Below, one piece after another: positions 1 to 13,495 of a stretch of 64,000 nucleotides of DNA; within the stretch, counting starts at the first letter, position 1; each line of letters opens with the position of its first letter. The notes under the pieces were generated by a model that saw only the letters and a program-made list of their open reading frames with translations, had not been told where the DNA came from and ran no database searches. Position numbers and translations under genes: made by a program. The stretch comes from Eledone cirrhosa (Eukaryota): the NCBI GenBank assembly GCA_964016885.1, contig OZ024741.1, positions 91,760,001 through 91,824,000 on the forward strand. Reading direction: 5' to 3'.

Positions 1-243
1 AGTTTATCGGAATAATTCCATTTTACCTAACTGCAATCTTTGAAATACCGAGACTCTATTAATAATTGCTAATCATGGTAATTTAATTAATAAAAAAGTG
101 AGTTATTCTCAAATTGCTTCCATAAATCTGCAACAACATTTCAAGCATCATATAAAATTAGGAAAAAACATTGACTGAGTGAGAAAAGATATTGACATTT
201 ATTAATAATTCTTGTAATGCTTCTATTATTGCTATTACTGATA

Positions 244-435
244 GGGCGGTGGATTGGCAGTATCGGTAGAGGGTCGGACGCCATGTTTTCCACCATAGTT
301 ACGTCCCTTTACGATCTGAGTTCAAATCCCGCCGAGGTTGACTTTGCCTTTCATCCTTACGGGGTCGATAAAATAAAGTACCAGTAATGCACTGGATAAT
401 TGCTGGCCTTGTGCCTAAAGTAGAAACAATTATTG
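244..435 (+). mobile_element. tRNA-derived SINE, family A
   Basis: A-box-like TGGCAGTATCGGTAG, B-box GAGTTCAAATCCC, body GGGGTCGATAAAATAAAGTACCAG, tail GTAGAAACAATTATT; more than ten similar copies in the window. Confidence 0.85.
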
Positions 436-1252
436 CTATTATTGATATTGTGTAAAATGTCTCTACCTCACCTTAGGAAATGCATACCTGTTCTTTAAAA
501 GAGTATGATAATCTCTTGATTGTTTAAATACCTTTAGTTTCGATTTAGAATCCTCTTTTACAATCTTGTATTTTATAAATTTGAGATCTGTAATATCTTC
601 AGACTTTTAAACCGTTTAATTTAATTTAAACGTTTAGATACGTCGTACGAAGATATTGTTTACATTTATCGTGTATAAGTTTCGTTTTATCTAAATTGAT
701 TAATAATCTGTATTTAACTTGATTTATAGTATTGAATACAGTAAAATTTGGTTGAATCGAAATATTAATACTCTCAAGTGTAAATATAACTAATAATTAA
801 TCCTATATGTAATTGACAAATATCGATTTAAATAGTATTGTTTATATAAAATGCTTATACAGATGCTAATATCTAAGTTAAGTTTAATAATATCATATTT
901 AATATATTTGTAAGCACCATTGTTAGTTTATAATATTTTGAATTTTGAATGTTATAACTAAATTATTGAATGTATTTACTAATTTAAGTTTGCTCCAGAT
1001 TATCTTTGAAAATATGTTATACTATTAATTTTGATATAATATAATAGTTTAATTTCTTTCAAATATTATAGAGTAAAAATTTCACGGTATTTAATTGATG
1101 GTTTCTACCTAACTTAATATTTGAAAAAAAAAATGGTCACGCATCGTATACCTCTACTCTTCTTTTCCTTATGTAATTATATTATACCATCTATATGTCC
1201 CTTTCTTCGTTTTTATCTTCATCTCTCTATCTTTTCCTTTTCTCCTCTATTT

Positions 1253-1253
<1 letters not shown>

Positions 1254-1314
<61 letters not shown>
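1254..1314. repeat. (CT)n microsatellite
   Basis: Pure CT run. Confidence 0.95.
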
Positions 1315-1319
<5 letters not shown>

Positions 1320-1582
1320 GTTTTTTTTCTCTAATACAGATATTTACATATTTAATTATTTAAATATTTAACAATTATGGAGTTATGTGTTTATGTATTT
1401 TACTTATCTATATATGTATTTATTTTTTTTTTTTCTACACATTTTCCTGCATACCCTCTCAATTATATGTAGTTTGTCATGTTACTACTTATGGTATATA
1501 AATATTGAGTTTTGTCATAACTAATCACTGCCAAGACTGGACTTGAACCATCAGCACAGTTGAGGTATGTCAGACATCAATT

Positions 1583-1648
1583 TATTTTATCTGATGAGGA
1601 CGTACTGGGGAAACAGCACAGTACCTCTGAAATATATATAATAAAATA
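1583..1648 (+). ncRNA. Type I hammerhead ribozyme, family A
   Basis: TATTTTAT-CTGATGA-GGAcGTACTG..CAGTACcTCT-GAAA-TATATA-TA-ATAAAATA; helix II covaries with the copy at 31302-31361. Confidence 0.75.
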
Positions 1649-1844
1649 TATTTGATCACATGAATGTCTATATTTATTAATATTTTAAATTAATCTTAAT
1701 AACTCCAGAAAACTTTCTTTGTTGAGTGCTTCTAATCTAGTGTAAAACTATATTCATTGATCAATCAATGAACCTTGTTTAACTTTTGATTATATTATAT
1801 ATATATTTATGGGTATATATATATATATATATATGGGGCGGGGG

Positions 1845-2177
1845 GTAAAAGGTAAAGACCCCCTTCGGTCACGGATGACCATGGTATTTTCACCTAGAAA
1901 GTTCCCCTGCAAGGCACGCACAAGTCTGGGCAAGGTTGTTTTGTAGAAGACCAGCAGTTTCCCATGCATACCAGCTTCCCTTCTCTACACCACCGATGTT
2001 GTCCAAGGGAAAGGGAAAGGCGGATACAGTTTGGCACCAGTGACGTCATAACTCATTTCCACAGCTGTGTGAACTGGAGCAACGTGAAATAAAGTGTTTT
2101 GCTCAAGAACAACGCAAAGCCCGGTCCGAGAAAAAAACGCACAACCTCAAGATTGTAAACTCGATTGTAGCCATGCA

Positions 2178-2179
<2 letters not shown>
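1845..2179 (-). mobile_element. SINE-like element between microsatellites
   Basis: Right half (..AACTCATT..ACTGGA..CCATGCACC) resembles 8250-8380; flanked by (TA)n. Confidence 0.55.
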
Positions 2180-2349
<170 letters not shown>

Positions 2350-2577
2350 AGACTTCCAAGAAAAACGAAGTATTAGGTTACGATATGATCGACTGGTTTT
2401 GTTCCAATAAGGCTGCTGTTTATTGACTGAAGCCAGTAAAAGGGTAAATGATTATTTTATCTCTATTCAGATTCACCTTGAAAATAGAACCATGTTTCCA
2501 ACGGCATTCCTCATCTGTAGACCTTAGTTTTTATTTATAAATTCATAAATATGCAATCCCAACATTAACATATATAC

Positions 2578-2660
<83 letters not shown>

Positions 2661-3597
2661 AGTGTGTGTGTGGTGTGTGTTTATGTGTATATATATACAT
2701 ACAAGCATACACACGTGCATATGTATTTATGTATTTATGAATGTATGTATGCTTGTATATATGTGCATACATATATTTTTATATAAACTTGTCAGTCTGC
2801 AGACTAAGACTAGTTTATCATACCGCCATAAGCTGAGTAAACCTACATACTACCACCAAGATTCTAAGATTCTGTTAATCCTTGGATATTATATCTTTGA
2901 GCGGCTTATTGATTAATAATAAATGGGCCACTGATAAACTGTCACTTTGTATTCATAAGTCAAGCGTGTTGCTCTCCTCTTTGATAGCAAAGAAATAATA
3001 GCTGACTGATCTTTTCCCATCCCTCTCTACTCTCCCTATTTTTCATATCTACGCTAGTATTCTCTTCGCCGTTTCAAACATACTCAAACGTATACATACA
3101 TTGGACCCACATCTTACGTCTTTAATGTATTACATTCATGCCCCTACGCCCCAAAATGCATAAGTTTAAGACACTTTTATAACAGGTATGGCGGGATAAA
3201 ACATTATAACATTAGTCGTTAGAATATCGGATAGAACGTTTTTGCGGATTCTCTCTAACCCTATCCTCTCTGAGTTTAAATCCTGCCGAGGCCAACTTTG
3301 CCTTTCACGCATTCGAAGTCGATAAAAACAAGTACCAGTCTAGTATTGGGGTCGATTCCTTCTCTATATCTCTTTTTCACTTCTTTTCTCTCACTTTTTA
3401 TCCTCCTCGGGAAGAAATCGGCCGTGTTCAAACCTAAAGAGGATATGGGCTCCACCAGGCTTAAAATCCCCTCCCCAAAACGCTCCTATGACTCCACCAG
3501 GAGTTACAGAACTATATATAGATAAAACATTTACTTTGGCACCATTCTGTTTCTACTTACCTCTATAATCAGCTTCATAATAGATATCTTTTTGTAT

Positions 3598-4040
3598 CTG
3601 AATGGTTAAAATGTTTGCTTCGAAATCATAAGATCCTGGATCCGATCCCACTGTGTTGTATCTTGGCCTAATGTCATTTATCATGGCTTCGGGTCAACCC
3701 TACGCTTGTGAATTATACAAAGTGGATGGAAACTGACGGACGCCCGTCGGATAGATTGTATCTGTAATTCAAAGGGCAAGCTGTGTCATATACTGTGCCA
3801 CACTGAATCTCCTGAAACTACTTTATTTGCACATATGTTTATGAAATATTCAGCCACTTACACTATAAAACAAGATGGATTTTACTTGTCAAAGAGTCAG
3901 CTTTATCATGCAATGTATCACAGTATATCTCTCGGATGATTACATTAAGAATACATATGCTTTTGAAATGCTCAGTCACTTGCATATTAATTTTTACGAG
4001 CAGGCTGGAATAGTCATCGCTGAAACTGACGGAAGTCCAT
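3598..4040 (+). mobile_element. tRNA-headed SINE, family B (degenerate)
   Basis: Shares blocks GGAAACTG..CCCGTCGGATAG..GTAATTCAAAG..GAGCAGGCTG..GAAACTGACG with 7543-7870, 49440-50070 and 51628-51945. Confidence 0.65.
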
Positions 4041-5711
4041 TCAATTCTAGATATATTTATGATTTTGTCATTAGACGTCATTATGTGAACATCTCTCTAG
4101 TCGTTTGAACAATTGCCTGGATCCAATTCTGACCACTATTTAATTCATGTCCTTGCCGAGTTCGCAACGGTCTAGATTAATAAAATATTCAGGGAATAAT
4201 TTTTTCTCCAATTTTTAATTGAATTATTGAAGGAAATTAATCTTTATTGAAAATGTACAGTTATTATTGCCAGAATGTTAGATTTAATTCGATATTGTAG
4301 CTTGACAAAGAAAAGACAATATATATATATATATATATATATGGCTGATAGGCAGTGCAAATGTATTAGTAAATAGAATAAAATAACATTTGCCAGAAGT
4401 TAAGAATATTATTAAAATCGCAAATGAAGCAGAGAAATACTTTTTATTAAAAAAAAATAAAATGTTCGGATGATAATATAGATTATTACGTGGCAATTAT
4501 TGCCAACAGATTTCCCAACGCGTGACATCGGAGCTATTTATCAAATATTCTATATAATTTCATTTATTCTTTAATTTCGAAAGAAATTTGATGTTGACTC
4601 AGCGTGTGTCATAGGATTAGCATGACAAGATGTTTATTTGTCTGTTCGTTACATCTACTCTAGCCTAGATTTAATTATTTGTTTCTATTGACAGAAGATT
4701 GCTTTGAGAGGCTGTATAATTTAAATACGTTGTATTAAAATGGTTACCATATCTGGTTTGTGTGCCTGCTTACGTGATCACTTGTGTTTGCCGCATACAT
4801 GTGTGCCTTAACAACTTATACAATTAAAAACAAGCTGCAGTAGAGATGTTAATGTTTAATTAACGACACAACAAAAAAAAGATATAACCATGGCTGTGGA
4901 GTTAAGGAGTTCACTTCACAGCTATATGGTTCTGGGTTCAGTTCTGCTACGCAGTAACATGGTCTTTTGTTTTCTACTGTAAACCTCGCATTGAATATGC
5001 ATTGCGAGGAGAATTTGCAAAACCCCGTCGTATATGTAAGTATATATATAAGAATTAATTTCATTATTCATAGTCACTGTTATATATATTTCGGTGATAA
5101 CCATTATGCAACAGCTATAACCTTATCAGGCAGCTACAATTTGAACAGAAATAAAAAAGCAGAAAAACATGACAATGGAATAAAGCTTACTTCTGTTATT
5201 TCGATTTTTTAATATGCTCAGTGCTGAAATTTTGTGTTGTTTTCTCAACATTTTAGACTGTACTCCAATCTAATGACCGAAACCAGTAAAATAATAAGAG
5301 AATAAAGACTAATTTGAAACAGAATTCAGAATAAATGCGAGTTGAAACACAAATCTACTACCTGACCGAAGATCACACTGCTAATTACATTACGGGTTAC
5401 CTGCCATTTTATTATATCAAATAAAATCTATAATTTATTTCTACTATTTTAACCGTATTATTTTATCCCTACTAATTAATTTGTAAGTTGCGTTCCTATA
5501 CAAATATTAGCAGCTTGAGAGAGAGGACATTTTATAACTTGTCTTAAATAGGTTACCAGCGTTGGCCGTAAGGCTGCAATATCGTTTCTATGATCCATCA
5601 ACCATAACTATGATCTTCCAATTCATTGAGGCTTCAAAACTATGAACGGATCGAATAGAATCACTTTCATTTTCTTGTGGAGATATCCCAAAATTTATGA
5701 TATTATTTGTG

Positions 5712-5861
5712 ATTGACAGTATCGGTACAGCGTCAGACACCATGCTTTGTAGCATAGAGTTATGGCCCTTTATGTTCTGAGTTCACCGGGTCGATAAAAT
5801 AAAGCACCAGTAATGCAGTGGGGTAATTGCCGGCCTTGTGCCAAAAGTAGGAAACAATTAT
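5712..5861 (+). mobile_element. SINE family A (internally deleted)
   Basis: GGGTCGATAAAATAAAGCACCAGTAATGCAGTGGGGTAATTGCCGGCCTTGTGCC matches 244-435. Confidence 0.8.
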
Positions 5862-6142
5862 TCATACCACTTCCAAAGTTTAACAATCCGAGAGAGAGAG
5901 AGAGGGGGTATTTTAAAATTGGTCTTTAAAAGCTTACGAAGGCTAGAGGTGCTACATATTGCTAAAGATCCACCAATAACAATTCATGAAGCTTATGAAA
6001 AGATTTAACAATAGAAACATTAACCTTTTAACGTCCTGTACTCTGTAAAACCACATTAGCAAGACATTATTGAAAAGTACGAAACAGTATTATGAATGTA
6101 TCACATTAATAATTGAAGTCTTTACTTTAATACTTCATATCA

Positions 6143-6207
<65 letters not shown>

Positions 6208-7542
6208 TATCTCTCTCTCTCTCTCTCTGTGTCTCTCGCTCTCTCTCCATTCTCTCGCTGTCATGTTTTTGATTCTTATATATTAGGAGCATTAAATAAA
6301 TTTCTCAGTTTGTCATGACTTACCAGCTGTACACGGACTTTTGATCCAATAAATAATAACAATAACAAATAGCGTTGGCACGATATGTTATTCTACTAAT
6401 GCTTCCAACAAGGCGATTAACCTAGGTTCAACGTTTACGTAAATAAATAATTCCATGGATCAATTTATAAATGAACTATTAAGATTTTAAATGAAAATGA
6501 TATTGGAGAAGGAAAAATCACGACAATTGGTACACTGGAAGAAAGTGGGATTTTAATCACCGTGCTGATGTGATAAAATCCGTCTTTTAGACACAGATGA
6601 GAGTATTTGTCTGACGCTTTACATACACACTGAGACAGCATTGGCAATTTCAGAAACAGATTTGTTTACTTATACAGCAATGGCTGAAAATTCTCAAAGA
6701 AAACTCTCGCATTTAATGTCATGATATTTCAAAGAAGAGTATTAGGAAGAGTGACATTAAAATCTCGGTTCAGTCAATAATGTTTTGTTGAATAAGCTAA
6801 ATACTTCGAGCTAATACTTCATCGTTAGAGATTATCTCAGAAAAATAACAAAACAAAACAAAAAGCTTCTGAAGTTTTAACTTTTAAGAAGTCGACTAGT
6901 TTTGAACTTCATGTAGAAATATAATTTACTGTATATGACGTATAGTATACACCGTATGACACTGAAACATACGCTCGAGGTTTCGTGTTCAGTCTCACTG
7001 TGTGGCATCATTGGCTTAACCGGGCCTTGCGAAATAAATATGGTAGATGGAAACTGTACGATAGCCCGTCGTATATATGTCTATATATGTGAGTGTATGA
7101 AGGTGTTTATGTTTTCTTTACTGCTTATATCCCGAAACTTAGTGGTTCGGAAAATACAGATCGACAAATTATGTAACAAACTTGAAAAAACAAAAACGTT
7201 TCAAGTTTATTATGTAAAATGTAAATATAGTCATCGAATTGGCAGTCTTTAGAGTGCCAGGTTAAATGCTTCGATATTTGTTCCGGCTTTCCTTGCTCTA
7301 AGTTTCAATCCCGCCAATGGCAAATCTGTCGTTGATCGTTTCGTGGTCGATAAATAAATTATCAAACCAGAGATGACGGATTAACAGGTATATTAACGTG
7401 TCGTAAGGAATCATTTGTGGCATCAGATCTGGTTCTGCATGTCGTATTCGAATCCTGCCTTCTTTTGCGAGGAGTTACGAACATAGTTTCATTGATCTGA
7501 TTTGTAAGGATGTATCGATACAGACAGACATTGCTGAAAGGT

Positions 7543-7870
7543 TGATAAGTTTGCTTTGAAATCACAAGGCCTGGGTTTAATCCAACTGCGTGTTATTTTG
7601 AGCAACTGCCATTAACATAACCTTAGATTGATCCAACGCTTGTCATTGACATTTAGTAGACGGAAACTGTTTAGAAGACTGTCAAATGGATTGCATCTGT
7701 AATACAAAAGTCCAACCAAATCACATATTTTATCACACTATTTATACCTGGGAACTACACGAAATGTATGCGTGTCTGTGAAATAACCAATCACATACAC
7801 GTTAATTCACGAGTCAATAGTTCAGTTAATTGAACTAAGGAATACTCATCATCGAAACCGACGAAGAATC
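7543..7870 (+). mobile_element. SINE family B (degenerate)
   Basis: Collinear with 3598-4040. Confidence 0.55.
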
Positions 7871-8430
7871 CATAATGTATGTATGTGTTTATGTATGCAT
7901 GTGTTTATGTATGTATGTGTTTATGTATGTCTGTAATTGAGAAGGAGATACGAAAACTAGAAGGAACAAACGAAAAAAATAACAGGTATGGCAGTTGTTT
8001 AATATAAGACGTACAAAGAGCGTCCGTTGATGCACCACAGCATTAATCTTAAAACTGCTGTTGTTGGACATCCGTTGATTTCCATGACGGGGTGTCTTCT
8101 GGTTGTTTGATTAACGGAGCAGCTGCTCGTGAAATTAACGTGCAAATTACTGGATATTGAACACGCACACACACACGTGTTTCCCTTATTCAATTCACAG
8201 AAAAGTCAGTGACAGTGTTTGAGAAGGCTGACCCTCTGAATTACAGCTGCAACTCATTCTGTTCAACTGAGTCGACTGGAACTACATAAAGTAAATTTTC
8301 TTGGCCATAGACTCAATGCGTTATTCGGAATTGAACTTGTAACATTGTGATTATCAATATCAGCCTCAAAACCATGCACCTTCAAATGATTAGTCTCCAA
8401 ACTAATACCCTAATACCTGGAAATGTGGAA

Positions 8431-8650
8431 ATAATTGTTTCTACTTTTAGCACAAGCCAGCTATTTGAAAGGAATGGGAAAGCCGATTAAATCGACCCCA
8501 GTGCGTTGCTGGAGCTTTATTTTATCGACCCCATAAGGATGAGAGGCAAAGATAACCTCGGCGGGATTTAAACTCAGTACGCAAAGGGACACAACTCTAT
8601 GACGAGAAGTATGTTGTCCGACGCTCTACCGGTACTGCCAATCTACCTCT
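8431..8650 (-). mobile_element. SINE family A
   Basis: Reverse-complement match to 244-435. Confidence 0.8.
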
Positions 8651-8883
8651 TGAAATGTGGAAATAATGACATAAAATTTAAATAGAATAAAGATTTATTT
8701 TCGTTATGTATCAAAGTAAAGGTGTCTACGTTTTACACTAAATATTTTATTCAACAAAATTTTAGATTTTAATTATTTCTTAACCAGATTCAAAAGTTGT
8801 CTAGAAATAGTTTTCTATGTGAAATCTCCATATCCATTAACAAAGGATGGGTCTTGAGACTATATAATGCAGGTGAGTGTATG

Positions 8884-8927
<44 letters not shown>

Positions 8928-8992
8928 GACAAAGAGTGATTTGTGTGTGTATGTGTTGTTTATGCTATACATCTAAGCACCGATGGTTTTCT

Positions 8993-9080
<88 letters not shown>

Positions 9081-9082
<2 letters not shown>

Positions 9083-9158
9083 GACGAGAATCTTTCTTTG
9101 CAACGAAGGCCGTATGGTCTTCGTTTATTTTTGGGATTCGAAACCGATCGGTAAAGGT
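9081..9158 (+). ncRNA. Hammerhead ribozyme, family B (5' strand of helix I replaced by (TA)n)
   Basis: Identical to 9562-9639 from CTGACGA onward. Confidence 0.65.
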
Positions 9159-9556
9159 AACTATAGTAGGTAAAGTCAATTTTTTTAAATTTATTTTGAA
9201 ACTTTTTCATTATTTGCTAAACCTTGTTTATATTTGTTCTGGCTGGTTAATTTATTAACCTGCCATTTAACCACACTGGCATTTGGTTGGACAATACATG
9301 CGTACCTTGGCGCCTTGTGCGTGAAGGAACACATATCCTATTATTACTATCTCCTCTAAGTTGAGAACAAATTTGGTCGCTCCGACTGCTGCTAGTGATA
9401 GCTGCGGCTGGTTTGACCTACCTCCTTCTGCCTCTATCTTTACTTCGGCCCTTGATAAACCTGTTTCTACATCATCCACTCTCATCCCAGGAACAGTTTT
9501 GATAGCGCTAGTTAGTAATTTAAATTCAGGAATTTTATATTCTTCGAATGAAAAGA

Positions 9557-9639
9557 ACCTTCTGACGAGAATCTTTCTTTGCAACGAAGGCCGTATGGTC
9601 TTCGTTTATTTTTGGGATTCGAAACCGATCGGTAAAGGT
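9557..9639 (+). ncRNA. Type I hammerhead ribozyme, family B
   Basis: ACCTT-CTGACGA-GAATC..AACGAAGGCC gtat GGTCTTCGTT..GATTC-GAAA-CCGATCGG-TA-AAGGT. Confidence 0.85.
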
Positions 9640-9706
9640 AACTATAGTAGGTAAAGTCAATTTTTTTAAATTTATTTTGAAACTTTTTCATTATTTGCTA
9701 AACCTT

Positions 9707-9786
<80 letters not shown>

Positions 9787-10070
9787 GTTTCTACTTTTGG
9801 CACAAGGCCACCAATTATCCAGTGCATTACTGGTACTTTATTTTCTCGAACCCGTAAGGATGAAAGGCAAAGTTAACCTCAGCGGAATAATAATAATGAT
9901 ACTATTTATAGTTATGTATATACTATAAACAACTATAAACAGGAAAGGTCAGTAATTTATTACTACCTTATTACCAATAAGAGAAATAGCTCAATGTAAG
10001 AACATCAGGTGTTTTACAGAGCAGGAATATAAATTACACAATTATCAAAGTTATGTTCTAATCATTTTAT

Positions 10071-10117
10071 TGTTGACAATCGTTTCTTCCAAACTTTCGT
10101 TTGAAGTCATCGGAGCA
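10071..10117 (-). ncRNA. Hammerhead ribozyme, family C (CCGAUGA core, helix I mismatch)
   Basis: Reverse complement reads TGCT-CCGATGA-cTTCAAAC gaaa GTTTGGAa-GAAAC GATT GTC-AACA. Confidence 0.6.
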
Positions 10118-12004
10118 TTATCAATGTTTGTACATGTAATTAACCTCCTATTCAACTGAACAATCATATAGATACATATATATTGATGTTGTGAACAACA
10201 GTTTCGTATTTACAGGATGTAATGGATGCGACATATATTATACGAGAATTGTACAATAATTCAAATTAAAGTTAAAAGCACAGAGTGGATTACATCCGAC
10301 AGATATTACAAGAGAAGAGTCTAATAATTAAAGAGGCATTGAGGAAGAATGAGGACACTAGCAGTACATATGCAAGCGTGTAGAAAGTGCACATGCGTTA
10401 GTCATATATATGAGAAGGAAACAAGCAAAGGTATTAGGCATATATAAATACTGAATGGCAAAGGTATCACATAAAATATAAGCATATTAAGCAAATGTGT
10501 TAGTGTATTAAGATTATAGTGGATGTAATGTGATGATAGTTTCTGTAGTGTTCAAATTTGTATGTGTCGAGAGTATCAAAGTTATTGTTTTCCATTACAT
10601 ATGTTAAATTATATTTTAGTTAATGTCTATATTGAATGTTTTTAGTTAGTTACAGCAATGGATTGTAAATTGGTCATATTGTCTTCTTATTAATGGATTA
10701 GAGTTGTTCTACAGAGAGTCATCCTAACGGTTTAATTTCCGGAAGTGGGTATGAGATCCAAAATTAAGGGGAGCTAATGCGTAAGGGGAGGTAACTAGCT
10801 AATTAAATTAAATTAAATTATATAGGAAAGTATCAATTATTTAAATTTTTGCTATAATATATTGTGTTACAAGTGAATCCCTTCTACATAATGTTATATA
10901 TTTATATTTAATTTTAAATACAGTCTATTTTCCTATAATACATTAAAGGTCTCATTAGATTGTTATCTATCCATTACTGGACAAGATATAAGTTATGGAA
11001 AAATGTATAATTGTTTACATGTTCAATTAGTTAAATCCCTTGTGTTAATAATATACATAATATTGTGTTAAAAGTTAATCCCTTATATACAAGTTAATCC
11101 TTTATATACATTTATATATTTAATTATAAATATATATATAATTTATTATCACATAAAACATTAAATGTCTCTACATATATCTATTACTGTATATAATATA
11201 AGTAAGCGATAGTAGTTATATTAAAAGGTGGTAACTTTATGTTTATTTCTAATAGTTCGTGTAGAGTATAAGGTTTGAGATACATAGGAGTTGTGTAGAA
11301 GAAAGAGCTGATCAAAGAGTGTGTTGCTGTGGGGGCTGATATGTCCTAGAGGTGAAGTGTTAATGGTGGTGAGGAATTCAAATCTGACATTGTTATATAG
11401 TAGCAGCTAGGTTTAAAGTTATGGAACGAGTGTCGGTAGTGGTGCTGGCATGAGGAAAACACCTCTGATTTTCTATTTAGGAGGTCTAGTTTCGAAAGGA
11501 TTATAGTACGGGTCTCTAGAAGACAGACGTTACACAATTTATTCGGTGGTTTATACGATGTGGCTCTACCTACTACTTCCCATTGAAGTGTATATGGTCT
11601 ATTCCTGGTTTTCAGAGAGTGTATGTAGCTAGATAAAGAAGTGGAGTTGGTTAGATTGTGTTTTTTGAAAGAGTGGATGTGCGAGTTGTATCTCGTTTTG
11701 AAGCAGTTCGAAATAGAGCCAATATATGTTTTAGAAGAATTGTTTGTATTAACCGTGCAGGAGTAGATTATGTCTTTAATTAAGCAATTATTACCTAAGG
11801 GGCAAGTTCTATTTGTTCTACAGTTACTTGCCGGTTATATGTTGTGTAGAAGTTAATTTGAATTATCCTACAATTCTCGTATAATATATGTCGCATCCAT
11901 TCCACCCTGTAAATACGAAACTGTTGTTCACAACATCAATATATATGTAGCTATATGATTGTTCAGTTGAATAGGAAGTAAATTATATCTACAAACATTG
12001 CTAA

Positions 12005-12051
12005 TGCTCCGATGATTCCAAATGAAAGTTTGGAAGAAACGATTGTCAGCA
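12005..12051 (+). ncRNA. Hammerhead ribozyme, family C (CCGAUGA core)
   Basis: TGCT-CCGATGA-TTCCAAAT gaaa GTTTGGAA-GAAAC GATT GTC-AGCA. Confidence 0.7.
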
Positions 12052-12092
12052 ATATAATGATTTGAACATAACTTTGATAATTGTGTAATTTA

Positions 12093-12148
<56 letters not shown>

Positions 12149-12715
12149 ATTAATTATTTACTTATTTATTTATTTATGTATTTTAAAAAAGGAAAAGAAT
12201 GACTTCACTTGCAGTTCTAAACAATTTTATTTAATTTTAAAATATTATGATTTGGTAGATCTAATAATTTCTTTGTTAAGCTCGGTGGGAAGATTTTAAA
12301 AGATTCCTGGTTAACTTTCCTGGAGAACATTCTCGCATTTGTCGATGGCGATTGTCAGGTTGAAGATCAGGTTGTGTTGTGAGGTGTGACTCTATATACA
12401 AGAGAGATTTGTGTGCCTGGGGGTGGGTTAATGAGTTTGGGAGTGATCCTGCCATTATATTCATCAAAGAGCATTTATTGAAATGGAACCAGCAGGAGGG
12501 CACTTTTACAACCCCTTTCTTAAACACACCTTAAACACTCCAGCACGACTCCCAATCAATTATCTTGCTGTTACCATTCACTATATATATATATAGGCGG
12601 AGGTATATTGTCTTTAATGCGAAGAAATACCTATGATGCCTAGTAGACAACTGATGATGGATAGTCCTAGCTTCTATTTCTAATTTTTCATTTTTCATTG
12701 TATATATATATATAT

Positions 12716-13198
12716 TGTAGTGACCTATATTCCGCGGGCTCACATACATTCTCTGTGCGTGATTTGGCTCAGCTCAGCCAATCAGCGCCAGTAGAAGAGG
12801 ATGTATCCCTACGCGTTCTGAGGGAGAAATAGCCCGCAAAGATTTGAGGACGCTATCACTTCCAGCTAGTCCGTGTTAAGGTAAACACCACTTGTTCTTT
12901 TGCTCCGCCAGCACAAACAATATGTAACGACACAACGATTTTACTACGGAATTGGCTAAACGCCTCAGCCAGTCGACCGTATTTTCTCTTGTAATCTTAA
13001 TTGAATTGTTTTATTTCTCTTGGCATGCCAGCTCAACCTCTGTTAATAAATAATGTAAAACCAAGCTAAAGTCGTTGTCGATATTCCTATCATATCTTTC
13101 TACCAAAACTGGTGGTTCCTCGTGGCGACATTACAACACTCTCTAAACACTTCTCCGCTAAACTGGTGACAATATACCTACACCAAATTGGTGACCCC
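12716..13198 (+). mobile_element. Possible LTR with primer-binding site
   Basis: Starts TGTAG after (TA)n, has AATAAA near 13045, ends ..ACACCA followed by TGGTGACCCC; no second LTR found. Confidence 0.35.
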
Positions 13199-13495
13199 AT
13201 TAAAAGATACAAAGAAAATGGTTTTAAGTTGTAAAAACCAGCCAAAAAGCTAGCGTGACAATATACTAACCACATTTTATATAATGAAAATACAAATTTA
13301 TCGTCAGGCATGATGACATTACAAAAAAAAAACAGTTATGATGCTCAAATCAACTGATTTTCTTTGTAATGTCATCATGCCTGACGATGAATTTGTATTT
13401 TCATTATATAAAATGTGGTTGGTTAGTATATTGTCACGCTAGCTTTTTGGCTGGTTTTTACAACTTAAAACCATTTTCTTTGTATCTTTTAATGG
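13197..13495. repeat. Foldback inverted repeat (~140-bp arms)
   Basis: CCATTAAAAGATACAAAG..GATGACATTACAAA mirrored by TTTGTAATGTCATC..CTTTGTATCTTTTAATGG. Confidence 0.9.

Larger units (their letters stand above)
9081..9712 (+). mobile_element. Non-autonomous retrozyme-like element (two HHR-bearing direct repeats, 481-nt period)
   Basis: 9081-9233 repeated at 9562-9714; (TA)n on both sides; no credible ORF. Confidence 0.75.
9900..12092 (-). mobile_element. 5'-truncated Hydra-like PLE (GIY-YIG end + 3' UTR) with inverted pLTR at ~11850-12092
   Basis: Minus strand 11400-11830 encodes CRTNRTCPLGNNCLIKDIIYSC..YIGS..CNVCLLETR; homologous to 35620-37290; 11855-12092 is the reverse complement of ~10030-10265. 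Confidence 0.85.
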
